DNA of 63,395 nucleotides, counting the filler. It is 5 parts of 5 records of this genome, joined end to end, with 100 filler letters (N's around TTAATTAATTAA, not from the genome) between each part and the next. Parts side by side here need not be neighbours in the genome. Positions count along the whole stretch, not along the records: positions 16,528 to 25,367 come from SRR31156797_3256; positions 25,468 to 38,043 come from SRR31156797_3260; 3 more parts are not named here. One strand, 5' to 3'. This document shows, in pieces, positions 17,226 through 26,477 of the stretch. Numbering within the stretch: the first letter of the stretch is position 1; every line of letters begins with the position of its first letter. A model generated the notes under the pieces. That model was given only the letters and a program-made list of their open reading frames with translations. It made no database searches and was not told the origin of the DNA. Made by a program: the position numbers and the translations under genes.

Positions 17226-17951
17226 ATGAATTGTATTATACTGGAAAGAACACATACGCAAAGCACTTTAAGGGAAATGATTAATATGGTACCGTATTTT
17301 AATCTGGTATCGTATTGTTCATCCGTTTTTGATGCATATGAGATACTAAGACGAGAAGAAATAGATATCATTTTTGTTGATACAGCTTTGCCAAAGGTTT
17401 CAGGTATCGATTTTATTAAGAGTCTTGAACATAAGCCGCAGTTTGTGTTTATTTCAGATGTAGCTGAACTGGCAGTGGAGGCATTTAATTTAAATGCCCT
17501 GGATTTTCTTTTAAAACCACTTCGTTTTGATCGGTTTCTAAAAACTGCTAATAAGGCCTACGAAGCTCAATCGTACGTGGAGAAAAAAGCTTTACCTATT
17601 AACGAATCAGAACAGCAAGATGTAAACAATAAAAATATTTTGGTTAAAACCGATTATAAAACAATTTTGATAAAATTGAACCACATTCTGTACATCGAGG
17701 GACTAAAAGATTATATTAAAATTTACACTTCGGAGAATACAAAACCTGTTATCACTTTAAATTCATTAAAGAAACTACAACAAAATCTTCCATCTGATAA
17801 ATTTTCCCGTATACATAAATCGTACATTGTGGGATTAGACCACATTCATGCGATAAATAAAACACAGGTAATGATTCAGGAAAAATATATTCCTATTGGG
17901 GAAAGTTACCGAAATGTATTCAGTCAGAAAATTGAAGAACTTCGTATCTGA
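17226..17951 (+). CDS. LytTR-family response regulator
   Basis: Receiver (IIFVD..P..SGIDF, DFLLKP) + LytTR (ILYIEGLKDYIKI, FSRIHKSYIV, IPIGESYR). Confidence 0.92.
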   Translation: MNCIILERTHTQSTLREMINMVPYFNLVSYCSSVFDAYEILRREEIDIIFVDTALPKVSGIDFIKSLEHKPQFVFISDVAELAVEAFNLNALDFLLKPLRFDRFLKTANKAYEAQSYVEKKALPINESEQQDVNNKNILVKTDYKTILIKLNHILYIEGLKDYIKIYTSENTKPVITLNSLKKLQQNLPSDKFSRIHKSYIVGLDHIHAINKTQVMIQEKYIPIGESYRNVFSQKIEELRI

Positions 17952-17991
17952 TTTGCTAAAAGTTCGTTTATAAATAACTAATAGGCATATT

Positions 17992-18040
17992 AAAAATCCA
18001 ACCAGGACAAAAAGAAAACTTTTGTATTGGTTGGATTTTT
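17992..18040. terminator. Inverted repeat, likely intrinsic terminator after LytTR gene
   Basis: AAAAATCCAACCA...TGGTTGGATTTTT. Confidence 0.7.
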
Positions 18041-18298
18041 AATTTTTCAGTTGATGGTTAAAATCCCGCAAATTGGTCTGATGGATTTCCTTCTGTAGGG
18101 AAGGCAGTTAGGTTTATTGCTGCAACTTTTTTGTCTCGCGACTTATGTCTTTTTCTTTGTTCATTTATGAATTCCCTTTCTGCCCGACAGAGACAGGTAG
18201 GCATTTAACTTTAAACTGATGTGCTACCAGTGCATTTAGGTTGAGTTGTGTCAGTCAGTAAGGATTCACAGTCTAAAGTGTAAGAGTGCAACTACGCT

Positions 18299-18328
18299 AT
18301 AATTACATTGAGCTGTTAATGTAATTAT
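18299..18328 (-). terminator. AT-rich hairpin downstream of outer-membrane protein gene
   Basis: ATAATTACATT-N8-AATGTAATTAT. Confidence 0.45.
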
Positions 18329-18366
18329 ATAATTTAATTGGTTATGAAATTGAACTCTGGTACTGA

Positions 18367-19620
18367 TTAATCAATTGTACGTTTAAAGAATGCAAATTCA
18401 TTTAAGCTAAAACCAATATCCAACATCAGAAATTTCTCTTTGGTAAGGTTTCCGTTTTTATCACCGTTAACACCACCGGTTAGCGAGATATTTAAATCGG
18501 ATATTGCCCCATAAATTGGAATACCCAAACCAAATGTAACTTCATGGCTTGTTAAATTGTTATTCTTGAATTTAAGATAAGAAGATTCATAGCTGTAACC
18601 TGCACGGTAGGTCCAGTTCTTAAAGCCCGGGTTTATAGGACTGGGTTCCCACAGGTTTGTTGCAACACCCACTGCAAAACGTTGTGCATCAACAAATGGA
18701 TCAACCTGTATTGGGTATTCCACTTTCGACCATTGCTGATATGTATAGTCCATGGCAAGTGTTAACCTATCACGACTCATACTTACTCCTGCCCCAAAAA
18801 TCTGAGGAATTACTACATAGTCGGTATTCGTTTCTTCTTCTTCAATTGTAGTCATCTCCGAGTTATAAGCCGTTACAATATGTTTCGAATTCAGGTTTTG
18901 TTCGGGTGCATAGGTGAAACCAAATGAATAATCTGTTTTTGGGCTTGAGAACTTGTACTGTAACCCAAAATCAAAGTATAAACTTCGCATATAATCTTTT
19001 CGTTCTATTGTAACTTCGGGAACAATAGAGGTTGGAATAACGTGTTCTTCCTGAATAAGTGGACCAAACATGTAAGAAACGTTAGCCCCTAACGATAATT
19101 TTTTAAATAACTTAATTGCATTGGAATAGTAAAAACGTGTAATTCCACCACTTCCCTCATAGTTCGATGTGTACGTTTCGTTCATTCCTTCCACATACTT
19201 TTCCCGGTTTATAGAGTAACCAACACTAGTGAATGGTACAAGTCCAAAGGAGCCAGCCAGCCAGGGAGTATATTTAAATCCCAGGGCAAAATAAGACAGA
19301 TTTGCCTCAAAACCCGAAACTGTTTGATTTGAGTTAGTAATACTGTAACCTTTAGCTGAGAGTCCAAATTCAAAAATAAGTTTCAAGCTATCCATGCCCG
19401 CATACGAAGCCGGGTTAAGGTTGTTCAGGTGGTTGTCAGATGCAATTGCAATACCGGTTCCTCCCATTCCTCGTTGCGTTCCAAATCCTCCACTCTGGAT
19501 CTCGCCGGGGCCAAATATTGAGTATGGAGAAACGGTATTTTGTGCGCCAATATCTTCTGAGCTAAGAATAGCCAATAATAAAAGGGGGAGAAATATTAAA
19601 AATTGTGACTTGATTTTCAT
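18367..19620 (-). CDS. Outer-membrane beta-barrel protein (FadL/OmpP1-like, Bacteroidota)
   Basis: Signal peptide; SPYSIFGPG, GMGGTGIA, NNLNPASY, PFTSVGY, YEGSGG motifs. Confidence 0.8.
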   Translation of the reverse strand: MKIKSQFLIFLPLLLLAILSSEDIGAQNTVSPYSIFGPGEIQSGGFGTQRGMGGTGIAIASDNHLNNLNPASYAGMDSLKLIFEFGLSAKGYSITNSNQTVSGFEANLSYFALGFKYTPWLAGSFGLVPFTSVGYSINREKYVEGMNETYTSNYEGSGGITRFYYSNAIKLFKKLSLGANVSYMFGPLIQEEHVIPTSIVPEVTIERKDYMRSLYFDFGLQYKFSSPKTDYSFGFTYAPEQNLNSKHIVTAYNSEMTTIEEEETNTDYVVIPQIFGAGVSMSRDRLTLAMDYTYQQWSKVEYPIQVDPFVDAQRFAVGVATNLWEPSPINPGFKNWTYRAGYSYESSYLKFKNNNLTSHEVTFGLGIPIYGAISDLNISLTGGVNGDKNGNLTKEKFLMLDIGFSLNEFAFFKRTID

Positions 19621-19643
19621 TTAAATATATTTTAGTCTGAAGA

Positions 19644-20963
19644 CTATTCGTAAAAAACATAATACAAGTTAAGTCGGGGGCGATAGCTATTGCCTGAACG
19701 TGCATCGAAAACAACACCATTTAGTGTACTGCAATAATCCGATTCAGAGAACATAACTAAAAGGCCGGCTTCTTCTTCAACGTAGCCATCGCTAAGCTCA
19801 TCGTATAAATAATCTGTAATGTCGAACAGGTAACGGGTGTTTTCGTTGTAGTAATCATCGTAGTACAATGTCCCGGTTAGTGTATTACCATCGTCATCTG
19901 TTAAAGCCGTTAATACGTTGTTTCTTTTATCTGTGGTATAAAGAACAGGTGCTTCAGGCAGTTGGTCTTTCAGGAAACTTCCTGGTAATGGTTTTAAAAC
20001 CAGTTCTGCTTTATACAATATGTTTTTTCTGTATTCTTCAAAAATCATATTAATGTTCGGAAAATCGATTCGGGTTGTGTATCCGGTTCCTGCTTGTACA
20101 AAGGCCCTTTTATTTAAAGCACCTGAACCTATTGCTTCCTTTTGAGAAGTTACAAGCTCTAGACCTGTGCCAGTAACGTCATTGGTAATTTTATTGTAAT
20201 GATTGTAAGAGTCTCCTAGTGTGAATTTGTAAACATTCTCAATTTTAGTTTCTTCAATCACATGAGTGTAAAGTTTTACTTGAATTGAAGTATCTGCATC
20301 AAAACTAAGAACAGAATTGTTTTCTTCTCCCGGAACCAGAGCTATTCCCTTAAAATATTCAAGAAATTCGGTTACATCGTCCAATTCGTCATTATCATCT
20401 CTTAACAATTCAAGAAACTCAAGTCCAACTTCATCTGAGAGTCTGATTTGTAGAGTATCGTGAAAATTTGGTTTGGGTACAAAAGTTTTTTCTCCCAAAG
20501 GTGTCGATGCATACTTCAGTGATGTGGTATTAAACAAATAGGGTAAATCATCGTATTCATCATTTGGCTCAATTTCTTCGGTTACCCGATGTACGCGGAT
20601 GGTTTGTGGTAATAATGTATCACCATAGGCTAATCCACTGTATTTAAGTCGTACAACGATTGAATCAAATATTTCTTCATCGTCAATTTCTGCCGATGGC
20701 ATTCCTGTTTGTGCATAGGCTGTCACCGAAATTTTTCCAAAATTCGGATCGGTATAACCACCACAAAGTAAATAATCACTTGTTGAAGTCGCTATTGAGT
20801 CAATCTTAACAGTTGACATCACCACTGAAATACTATCAACTAAGGCAACTGTAGTTTGATTGTTTAAGTAATTATCACCAAGAGACACCATTAAGGCTTC
20901 ATCTTCATGACAGGATAATAAAAATATAAGCCCCACTAGGGCCATTACTGCTTTTTTCTTCAT
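19644..20963 (-). CDS. DUF4270-family lipoprotein
   Basis: Lipobox LLSC; GGYTDPNFGKI, FDSIVVRLKY..YGDT, FLEYFKGIAL. Confidence 0.75.
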   Translation of the reverse strand: MKKKAVMALVGLIFLLSCHEDEALMVSLGDNYLNNQTTVALVDSISVVMSTVKIDSIATSTSDYLLCGGYTDPNFGKISVTAYAQTGMPSAEIDDEEIFDSIVVRLKYSGLAYGDTLLPQTIRVHRVTEEIEPNDEYDDLPYLFNTTSLKYASTPLGEKTFVPKPNFHDTLQIRLSDEVGLEFLELLRDDNDELDDVTEFLEYFKGIALVPGEENNSVLSFDADTSIQVKLYTHVIEETKIENVYKFTLGDSYNHYNKITNDVTGTGLELVTSQKEAIGSGALNKRAFVQAGTGYTTRIDFPNINMIFEEYRKNILYKAELVLKPLPGSFLKDQLPEAPVLYTTDKRNNVLTALTDDDGNTLTGTLYYDDYYNENTRYLFDITDYLYDELSDGYVEEEAGLLVMFSESDYCSTLNGVVFDARSGNSYRPRLNLYYVFYE

Positions 20964-21198
20964 TCCATTTTTCTGTTTTCAGGGTCAAATGAAGAAAAGA
21001 ATTGCCGTACACGAAAAGAATATATACCAATTGGCGATAGTTGCAGACGAGAGCTCAATTTCTCTTTCTTTTAGAATATTTTAACTAAAATGAGGGGGGA
21101 AATCAGATACTATGGGGAGATAATAGATAAAAAAGGCGTATTCATCTATACAAATGTCCTTGTAGTCCAAATTCCTTTTTTATGACTATAACTAGACC

Positions 21199-21206
21199 TA
21201 GGTTTG
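21199..21206 (+). promoter_or_regulatory. Bacteroidota -7 promoter box
   Basis: TAGGTTTG matches TAnnTTTG, ~38 bp upstream of kelch gene. Confidence 0.5.
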
Positions 21207-21243
21207 CGTTATTAGAAGTAAACAATTTAAATTTTTTTTAGTC

Positions 21244-22263
21244 ATGATGAGAACAGAAAAACGAATTCTTTTATACTTTCTTTTTATCACTATGGCCACA
21301 GTGCTGATTTCTTGTGGTGATGATGATGATGATGAGATTACTGATGGAGACTGGTGGGAAATGTCTGGTTTTGATGGAGTAGAAAGAAGTGGAGCCGTTT
21401 CGTTTGTGATAAATGATATGGGATATGTTGGTTTAGGCTACGATGGTGATGATCGTTTAAGCGATTTTCATAGATTTGATGCAGATGATAATTCATGGAT
21501 AGAAGTTGCAGAATTTCCGGGGACAGCCAGACAAGCGGCAGTTGCTTTTAGTGTAAATGGTAAAGGATATATTGGAACCGGTTACGACGGTGAAGATGAG
21601 TTAAAGGATTTTTGGGAATATGATCCGGATGCAAATGCCTGGACACAAAAAACTGATTTTCCTGGTGATGCCCGAAAAGATGCTGTTGCATTTGCGATAG
21701 GAGATAAGGGGTATATAGGAACCGGTTATAACGGACATTATTATAAAGATTTTTACGCTTATTCACCGGAAACTGATACTTGGGAACAGGTAAAAAGTCT
21801 TGGTGGATCGAAAAGAAGAAACGCCAACTGTTTTGTAATTGATAGCAAGGCTTACGTTTTCTCAGGATTAGATAATGGGGCTTATGAGAACGATTTGTGG
21901 GAGTATGATCCATCGTCAGATACTTGGACAGAAAAACGTAAAATTACCGATTATGATGATGATAACAGTTACGATGATGATTATATTTCAATTGCACGTA
22001 TGGATGGAGCCTGTTTTGCAATGGACGGATTAGGTTATGTAGCTACCGGGAGTTCAGGATCGTTGCTTAGTAATGTGTGGAAGTATGATCCATCAACTGA
22101 CTTATGGGCAGAGAAAACCTCATTTGAAGGTACAACACGTAAAGACGCTGTTGGATTTGCAATTGGTAAATATGGTTATGTATGCTCAGGTAAAAGTTCA
22201 AGTTATTATATGTATGATATTTGGGCTTTTGATCCTGATAAAGAATACGACGAAGACAATTAA
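21244..22263 (+). CDS. Kelch-repeat beta-propeller lipoprotein
   Basis: Lipobox LISC; repeated R..AVAF.I..KGYIGTG...DFWEYDP..W units. Confidence 0.9.
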   Translation: MMRTEKRILLYFLFITMATVLISCGDDDDDEITDGDWWEMSGFDGVERSGAVSFVINDMGYVGLGYDGDDRLSDFHRFDADDNSWIEVAEFPGTARQAAVAFSVNGKGYIGTGYDGEDELKDFWEYDPDANAWTQKTDFPGDARKDAVAFAIGDKGYIGTGYNGHYYKDFYAYSPETDTWEQVKSLGGSKRRNANCFVIDSKAYVFSGLDNGAYENDLWEYDPSSDTWTEKRKITDYDDDNSYDDDYISIARMDGACFAMDGLGYVATGSSGSLLSNVWKYDPSTDLWAEKTSFEGTTRKDAVGFAIGKYGYVCSGKSSSYYMYDIWAFDPDKEYDEDN

Positions 22264-22298
22264 TATTTTTTGAACAGTTAGTTATATTTCTTGTGTAT

Positions 22299-22329
22299 AA
22301 GACGTCAGGCATTTGTCTGGCGTTTTTTT
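22299..22329 (+). terminator. Intrinsic terminator of kelch gene
   Basis: AAGACGTCAGGC-ATTT-GTCTGGCGTTTTTTT. Confidence 0.75.
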
Positions 22330-22356
22330 ATACAATAATGTAGGATGAGGGAGAGT

Positions 22357-22389
22357 AAAAAAAGGACGACATTATGTCGACCTTTTTTT
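22357..22389 (-). terminator. Intrinsic terminator of DUF2264 gene (bidirectional form)
   Basis: A7-GGACGACA-TTA-TGTCGACC-T7. Confidence 0.7.
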
Positions 22390-22406
22390 ACTCAAATTGA
22401 AATTGA

Positions 22407-24461
22407 TTAACTTGAACGTTTACCGTCAATGTCTTTGTAATCTACCAGGTATTCTTCATCGTTTGTAAGTTTTATAAAAACACCCATTGGCGAAAGACTT
22501 GGTGTAATATCCATGATTTTAAAATCTTTTATGGGGGATAACTCTTCCTTGGTCCATTCACTATCATCTGTCTTATGCACCATGGCCATAATCATTAATT
22601 CCATTGGCGGATTTTTCTGCATACGTTTTTTGTAAGCATAAATTACAGTACTCTCACCTGCTTCAGCATTATAATCTTTGTGTTCTATCGAGGCTAGTTT
22701 ATCCCAGCCATGGTAGCTAATTAATGCCACTTGTCTTCCTTTTATTTTTGCGGTTATAATTTGTTTACCATCCAGTTTAAACCGGTTAATTTTGGCTTTT
22801 TCCCCATTTCTGAGCGGAAGTCCAAAATGCCCTAGAGTAAGTTCGTATTCAAAAGCCAAACGCGACCGATCGATACGTATAATCCCACCCGGAATTGTAA
22901 CTTCTGCCAAATCGATAATATAGCCAACACCATTATTGGGCGGTTTTCTCATAATTGCCTGGCGGTAAAGAATACCATTCTCAACACCGTTGTATAGCAT
23001 GCTTTGAGAGGTGGTGTAATAGCGGTTTTTTTCAGAACTGTTATTTACTGTTAAACCCGTTAGGTAGAAATTAACATCATCACCTCTAACATCTCTCGGA
23101 TCCTGGCTGCGGTAACTGTACTCCATTGAAGTTCCTCCATTCGGGTCATGATCTTCCCAGGGAAAATGGGTGTTATAGGCCAATTTTGAATAGTTAGGAT
23201 CATCGTAGTACACTTTTCCCGGTATAATCTCTGAGGTGCCGGTTTTACCGTGATTAACCAAAACAAGACCTGGATTGGGTAAAATAACTTTATTGGAGTT
23301 ATTACCCAGAGTTTCCCACATCCCTTCGTTTTCTTTGGCGGTCCAAAACGGAGAACTGTCAGGTAGGGCAAGGCAAATAAATGGCAGGAACATTAAAAAA
23401 GGACTACCTGAACAACTGTAGTTTTGGACCATGTATTCTTTCTGTTCATAAAAACCCAGGCTGGGAATATCATTACAAAAGAATTCTTCGCGGGTAACAA
23501 ATTGTAGTAACGAACCGGAACATAAACGTCTGGCCCATCCCGGATCAAGCTGGGTTACTTCTTTTAGCATAAATGCAACGGGAAATGCACCTGAAACCCA
23601 TGTTCGGTAACAAATGCTCCTTGACCACATGTTAATGTAACCATCACGTCCAAAAAAGCTTGTGATGGATTCCATAAGTTTTCTTGCCGACTCTTCAATA
23701 ATCTCTGCTATTTCGGGATAATATTGATCTCCAAAAGTTCTGTTCCAAATAGTTGTGTATACAATAAATAAGCTGATAGAATAATAATTATAGGTTTGTT
23801 CCAGGTACCATCCGTTACCTGAGTGATAAGAGGCTACCCATAATAAATGACTTTTTAACAATTCGTCATCAATTTCGTAACCGTATTTTTTCAGAAACGA
23901 GAGTGTGACAATATTAAAGATACGCCAGTTGTTTTGTGTTGTACGATGATGGGCCCATTTGGAAATACAAGTAACCATCTCATTTCTTTCCGTTTCGGTA
24001 TAATCATTCCAAATGGTATCAGGCATTAGCAAAAGGGTTTTAAACAATCCCCCAAATTCGCAGGTATATTGATAATTTGAATCGGGTAACTCTTCTGGTA
24101 ATGGCAACGAGTTTGAATGACCGGGAGTAAATGTTCTGTAGATATGTAGCTTATAGTAATCACGAAGCTTTATATTTTTTATTTTCACATCCGGATCAAC
24201 ATGGATTAAAGGACCGGCAAGAGTAAAAGTCCGTTCGAGTGCTTCAAATTCAGCCGAACGATAACGCCAGTCGGGGGCATTAGGTTGAGGATATGTTTTT
24301 CCGGGTATGATGGGAAAGGTTAAGGGAGTCTCAATATCATTTATATGTGAAAAAGCTCTTGTCAGCAGGTATTTAGCTAAATCAATATAATGTTGTTTTG
24401 TCATTCCGGTGAAAGGACTTTTCTTATAATCCGGATTCTCAACTTGGAATGCTTTCTTCAT
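22407..24461 (-). CDS. DUF2264-family protein (probable glycoside hydrolase, GH154-related)
   Basis: SPFTGMT..H, FEALERTF, QNNWRIF, GNGWY..YNYYS, WSRSICYR, SLGFY..QNYSCSGSP; downstream of SusD. Confidence 0.72.
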   Translation of the reverse strand: MKKAFQVENPDYKKSPFTGMTKQHYIDLAKYLLTRAFSHINDIETPLTFPIIPGKTYPQPNAPDWRYRSAEFEALERTFTLAGPLIHVDPDVKIKNIKLRDYYKLHIYRTFTPGHSNSLPLPEELPDSNYQYTCEFGGLFKTLLLMPDTIWNDYTETERNEMVTCISKWAHHRTTQNNWRIFNIVTLSFLKKYGYEIDDELLKSHLLWVASYHSGNGWYLEQTYNYYSISLFIVYTTIWNRTFGDQYYPEIAEIIEESARKLMESITSFFGRDGYINMWSRSICYRTWVSGAFPVAFMLKEVTQLDPGWARRLCSGSLLQFVTREEFFCNDIPSLGFYEQKEYMVQNYSCSGSPFLMFLPFICLALPDSSPFWTAKENEGMWETLGNNSNKVILPNPGLVLVNHGKTGTSEIIPGKVYYDDPNYSKLAYNTHFPWEDHDPNGGTSMEYSYRSQDPRDVRGDDVNFYLTGLTVNNSSEKNRYYTTSQSMLYNGVENGILYRQAIMRKPPNNGVGYIIDLAEVTIPGGIIRIDRSRLAFEYELTLGHFGLPLRNGEKAKINRFKLDGKQIITAKIKGRQVALISYHGWDKLASIEHKDYNAEAGESTVIYAYKKRMQKNPPMELMIMAMVHKTDDSEWTKEELSPIKDFKIMDITPSLSPMGVFIKLTNDEEYLVDYKDIDGKRSS

Positions 24462-24755
24462 AAATTGTTTTATTTTATTGGTGTAGTATTATCTAACTAT
24501 CATCTGTAACATTACTGATGAAGAAGGTTTTGTGCAAAGGGTACCCAAAAACCTAAATAAAGTTTGTGGTTTATTATTCTGATTAATCAGATTGGTAAAT
24601 CTTTTGGTTGAAATTAGGCAGTAGTATTTATAGAATTAGACGATAATCGTTTTTCTTCGGTTGCATTCTTTAAATATTGCATGGTTTAATATAATACCCG
24701 CTCAAAAAGATGAAATGATTTAAAAGGACAAGCTTTTCTTTAAGTTAAGATGAGA

Positions 24756-24778
24756 GCGTTGCCCATAAAGGGCAACGC
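24756..24778 (-). terminator. Hairpin after susD-like gene
   Basis: GCGTTGCCC-ATAAA-GGGCAACGC. Confidence 0.65.
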
Positions 24779-24817
24779 AATCAAATAATCTAACCAAACT
24801 AAGAAACTATAGAAGTA

Positions 24818-25367
24818 CTAGTATCCATCGTTTTGTCTCATTTCGTTTGTTACACGAGTTAATTGTTTTTCCGGAATTGGTCTCAACAAGTGATAAGTTT
24901 GTATATAAGTGTTTAACTGACCTTCCGGGTTGTAATTTGTATACCTTTCAATTAATTTTCCGGTACGTTTTAGGTCGAACCAACGTTTTTGCTCGCCATA
25001 AAACTCTCTTGAACGTTCATCAAGGATAAAGTCGATGGTAACGTCACCGGTTGTAATTGTCATTTCATTTTCTTTTCCATCATAGGCCGCTCTTTCGCGA
25101 ATGGCATTGATATAAGGTACAGCTTCCGATGCTTTATTGTCGTTCAGTAATGCTTCTGCCAGTAACAGGTAAGTTTCTGATAGACAATAAACAATCAAGT
25201 CGCGCGATCCTTCTGCATAGTTTACAGAAGGACGTTTATTATCTTCCTGTTTCCATGGAGTAGGGAAGATGTTGATACTGTTGTTATCTGTATCATCTTC
25301 AGTATACCACGACCAAGCTTTTCCTTTAGCATTTGGATGCCAGCTATAAAGGTTTTTACCTCCGATA
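24818..25367 (-). CDS. RagB/SusD-family lipoprotein, C-terminal fragment (5' end lost at contig edge)
   Basis: ETYLLLAEA..INAIRERA..ILDERSREFYGEQKRWFDLKRTG..LRPIP..QNDGY. Confidence 0.92.
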
Positions 25368-25467
25368 NNNNNNNNNNNNNNNNNNNNNNNNNNNNNNNNN
25401 NNNNNNNNNNNTTAATTAATTAANNNNNNNNNNNNNNNNNNNNNNNNNNNNNNNNNNNNNNNNNNNN
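25368..25467. other. Artificial contig linker
   Basis: N44-TTAATTAATTAA-N44. Confidence 0.98.
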
Positions 25468-25523
25468 AGAGAACCCTTTTTCAAAAGGGTTCTTTGGTCT
25501 CGCTGAAAGCGCCGCCGGAGGCA
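25468..25523. repeat. Partial REP-like palindromic intergenic element at contig edge
   Basis: AGAACCCTTTT-TC-AAAAGGGTTCT hairpin plus CGCCGGAGGCA end; resembles intergenic repeats I recall from Desulfovibrionaceae; contig breaks here. Confidence 0.45.
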
Positions 25524-26366
25524 TTACATAGACATGAGTCTGGCAATGCGGTCCTCGGTTGAGGGATGGGTGCTGAACCAGTTAGCCATGTTTCCGCCGC
25601 TGAAGGGGTTGACGATAAACATATTCTCGGTAGCCGGATTGGCATCCATGGGAATATTGCGCGCAGTTGCATCCAGCTTGTAAAGTGCGGACGCCAGCGC
25701 CTTGGGATCACTTGAAATCTGCGCTCCGGTAGAATCAGCAAGATATTCACGGGAACGGGAGATAGCCATCTGGATCAAGGAGGCGGCAATGGGTGCAAGT
25801 ATTGCCACAAGAATCGCAGCCAGCGGGTTGGTTCCACCTTCCTCATCATCACCTCCGCCGAAACCGAAAATTGCGGCCCACTGCATCATGTTGGCAATCA
25901 TCATAATCGCCCCGGCCAGAACTGCAGCAACGGACTGAATCAAAATATCACGGTTAGCAATATGGCCGATCTCGTGGGCGATGACACCGCGCAACTCTTC
26001 AGGGGTCAGAATACGCATGATCCCGCTGGTCACCGCTACAACAGCATTTTCAGGATTACGGCCGGTGGCGAATGCGTTGGGGGAATCCTGATCAACCACG
26101 TAAAGACGCGGAGTGGGGATTCCAGCATTGGCTGCCAGTTCCTCAACCATGGCGTGCACCTGAGGTGCATCGTTGGGAGAAAGCTGACGTGCTTTATACA
26201 TGGAAAGAACGATTTTATCAGAATACCAGTAGCTACCCACGTTCATAAACATGGCAAGTCCAAAGGCAATGACAAGCCCGGTCCGTCCCCCCATCAATCC
26301 CCCGAGAAAGAGAATAATAGCCGTAAGCGCGGCGAGCAGGAAAAAAGTCTTGATCTGACTGGTCAT
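25524..26366 (-). CDS. htpX: Zinc metalloprotease HtpX (M48)
   Basis: PNAFATGR, VIAHEIGHI, ISRSREYLAD, FSTHPSTEDRI; ATG at 26366 with CAGGAG SD. Confidence 0.95.
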   Translation of the reverse strand: MTSQIKTFFLLAALTAIILFLGGLMGGRTGLVIAFGLAMFMNVGSYWYSDKIVLSMYKARQLSPNDAPQVHAMVEELAANAGIPTPRLYVVDQDSPNAFATGRNPENAVVAVTSGIMRILTPEELRGVIAHEIGHIANRDILIQSVAAVLAGAIMMIANMMQWAAIFGFGGGDDEEGGTNPLAAILVAILAPIAASLIQMAISRSREYLADSTGAQISSDPKALASALYKLDATARNIPMDANPATENMFIVNPFSGGNMANWFSTHPSTEDRIARLMSM

Positions 26367-26395
26367 ATTAAAAGCTCCTGTTTTTATCTTGATAG

Positions 26396-26425
26396 AAAAA
26401 TACCGCACCGGAATCGATGCGGTAT
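26396..26425 (-). terminator. Intrinsic terminator after histidine kinase gene
   Basis: ATACCGCA-N10-TGCGGTAT followed by T-run on minus strand. Confidence 0.6.
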
Positions 26426-26477
26426 ATGAAAGATATGATTTAAAACCGCCCAGTCAAGGGCTCGTAAATCAATAAAA

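Noticed and set aside
18057-18204. Short minus-strand ORF (~48 aa, MPTCLCRAER...) in an intergenic region
   Set aside because: No recognisable homology or translation signals; cannot be supported
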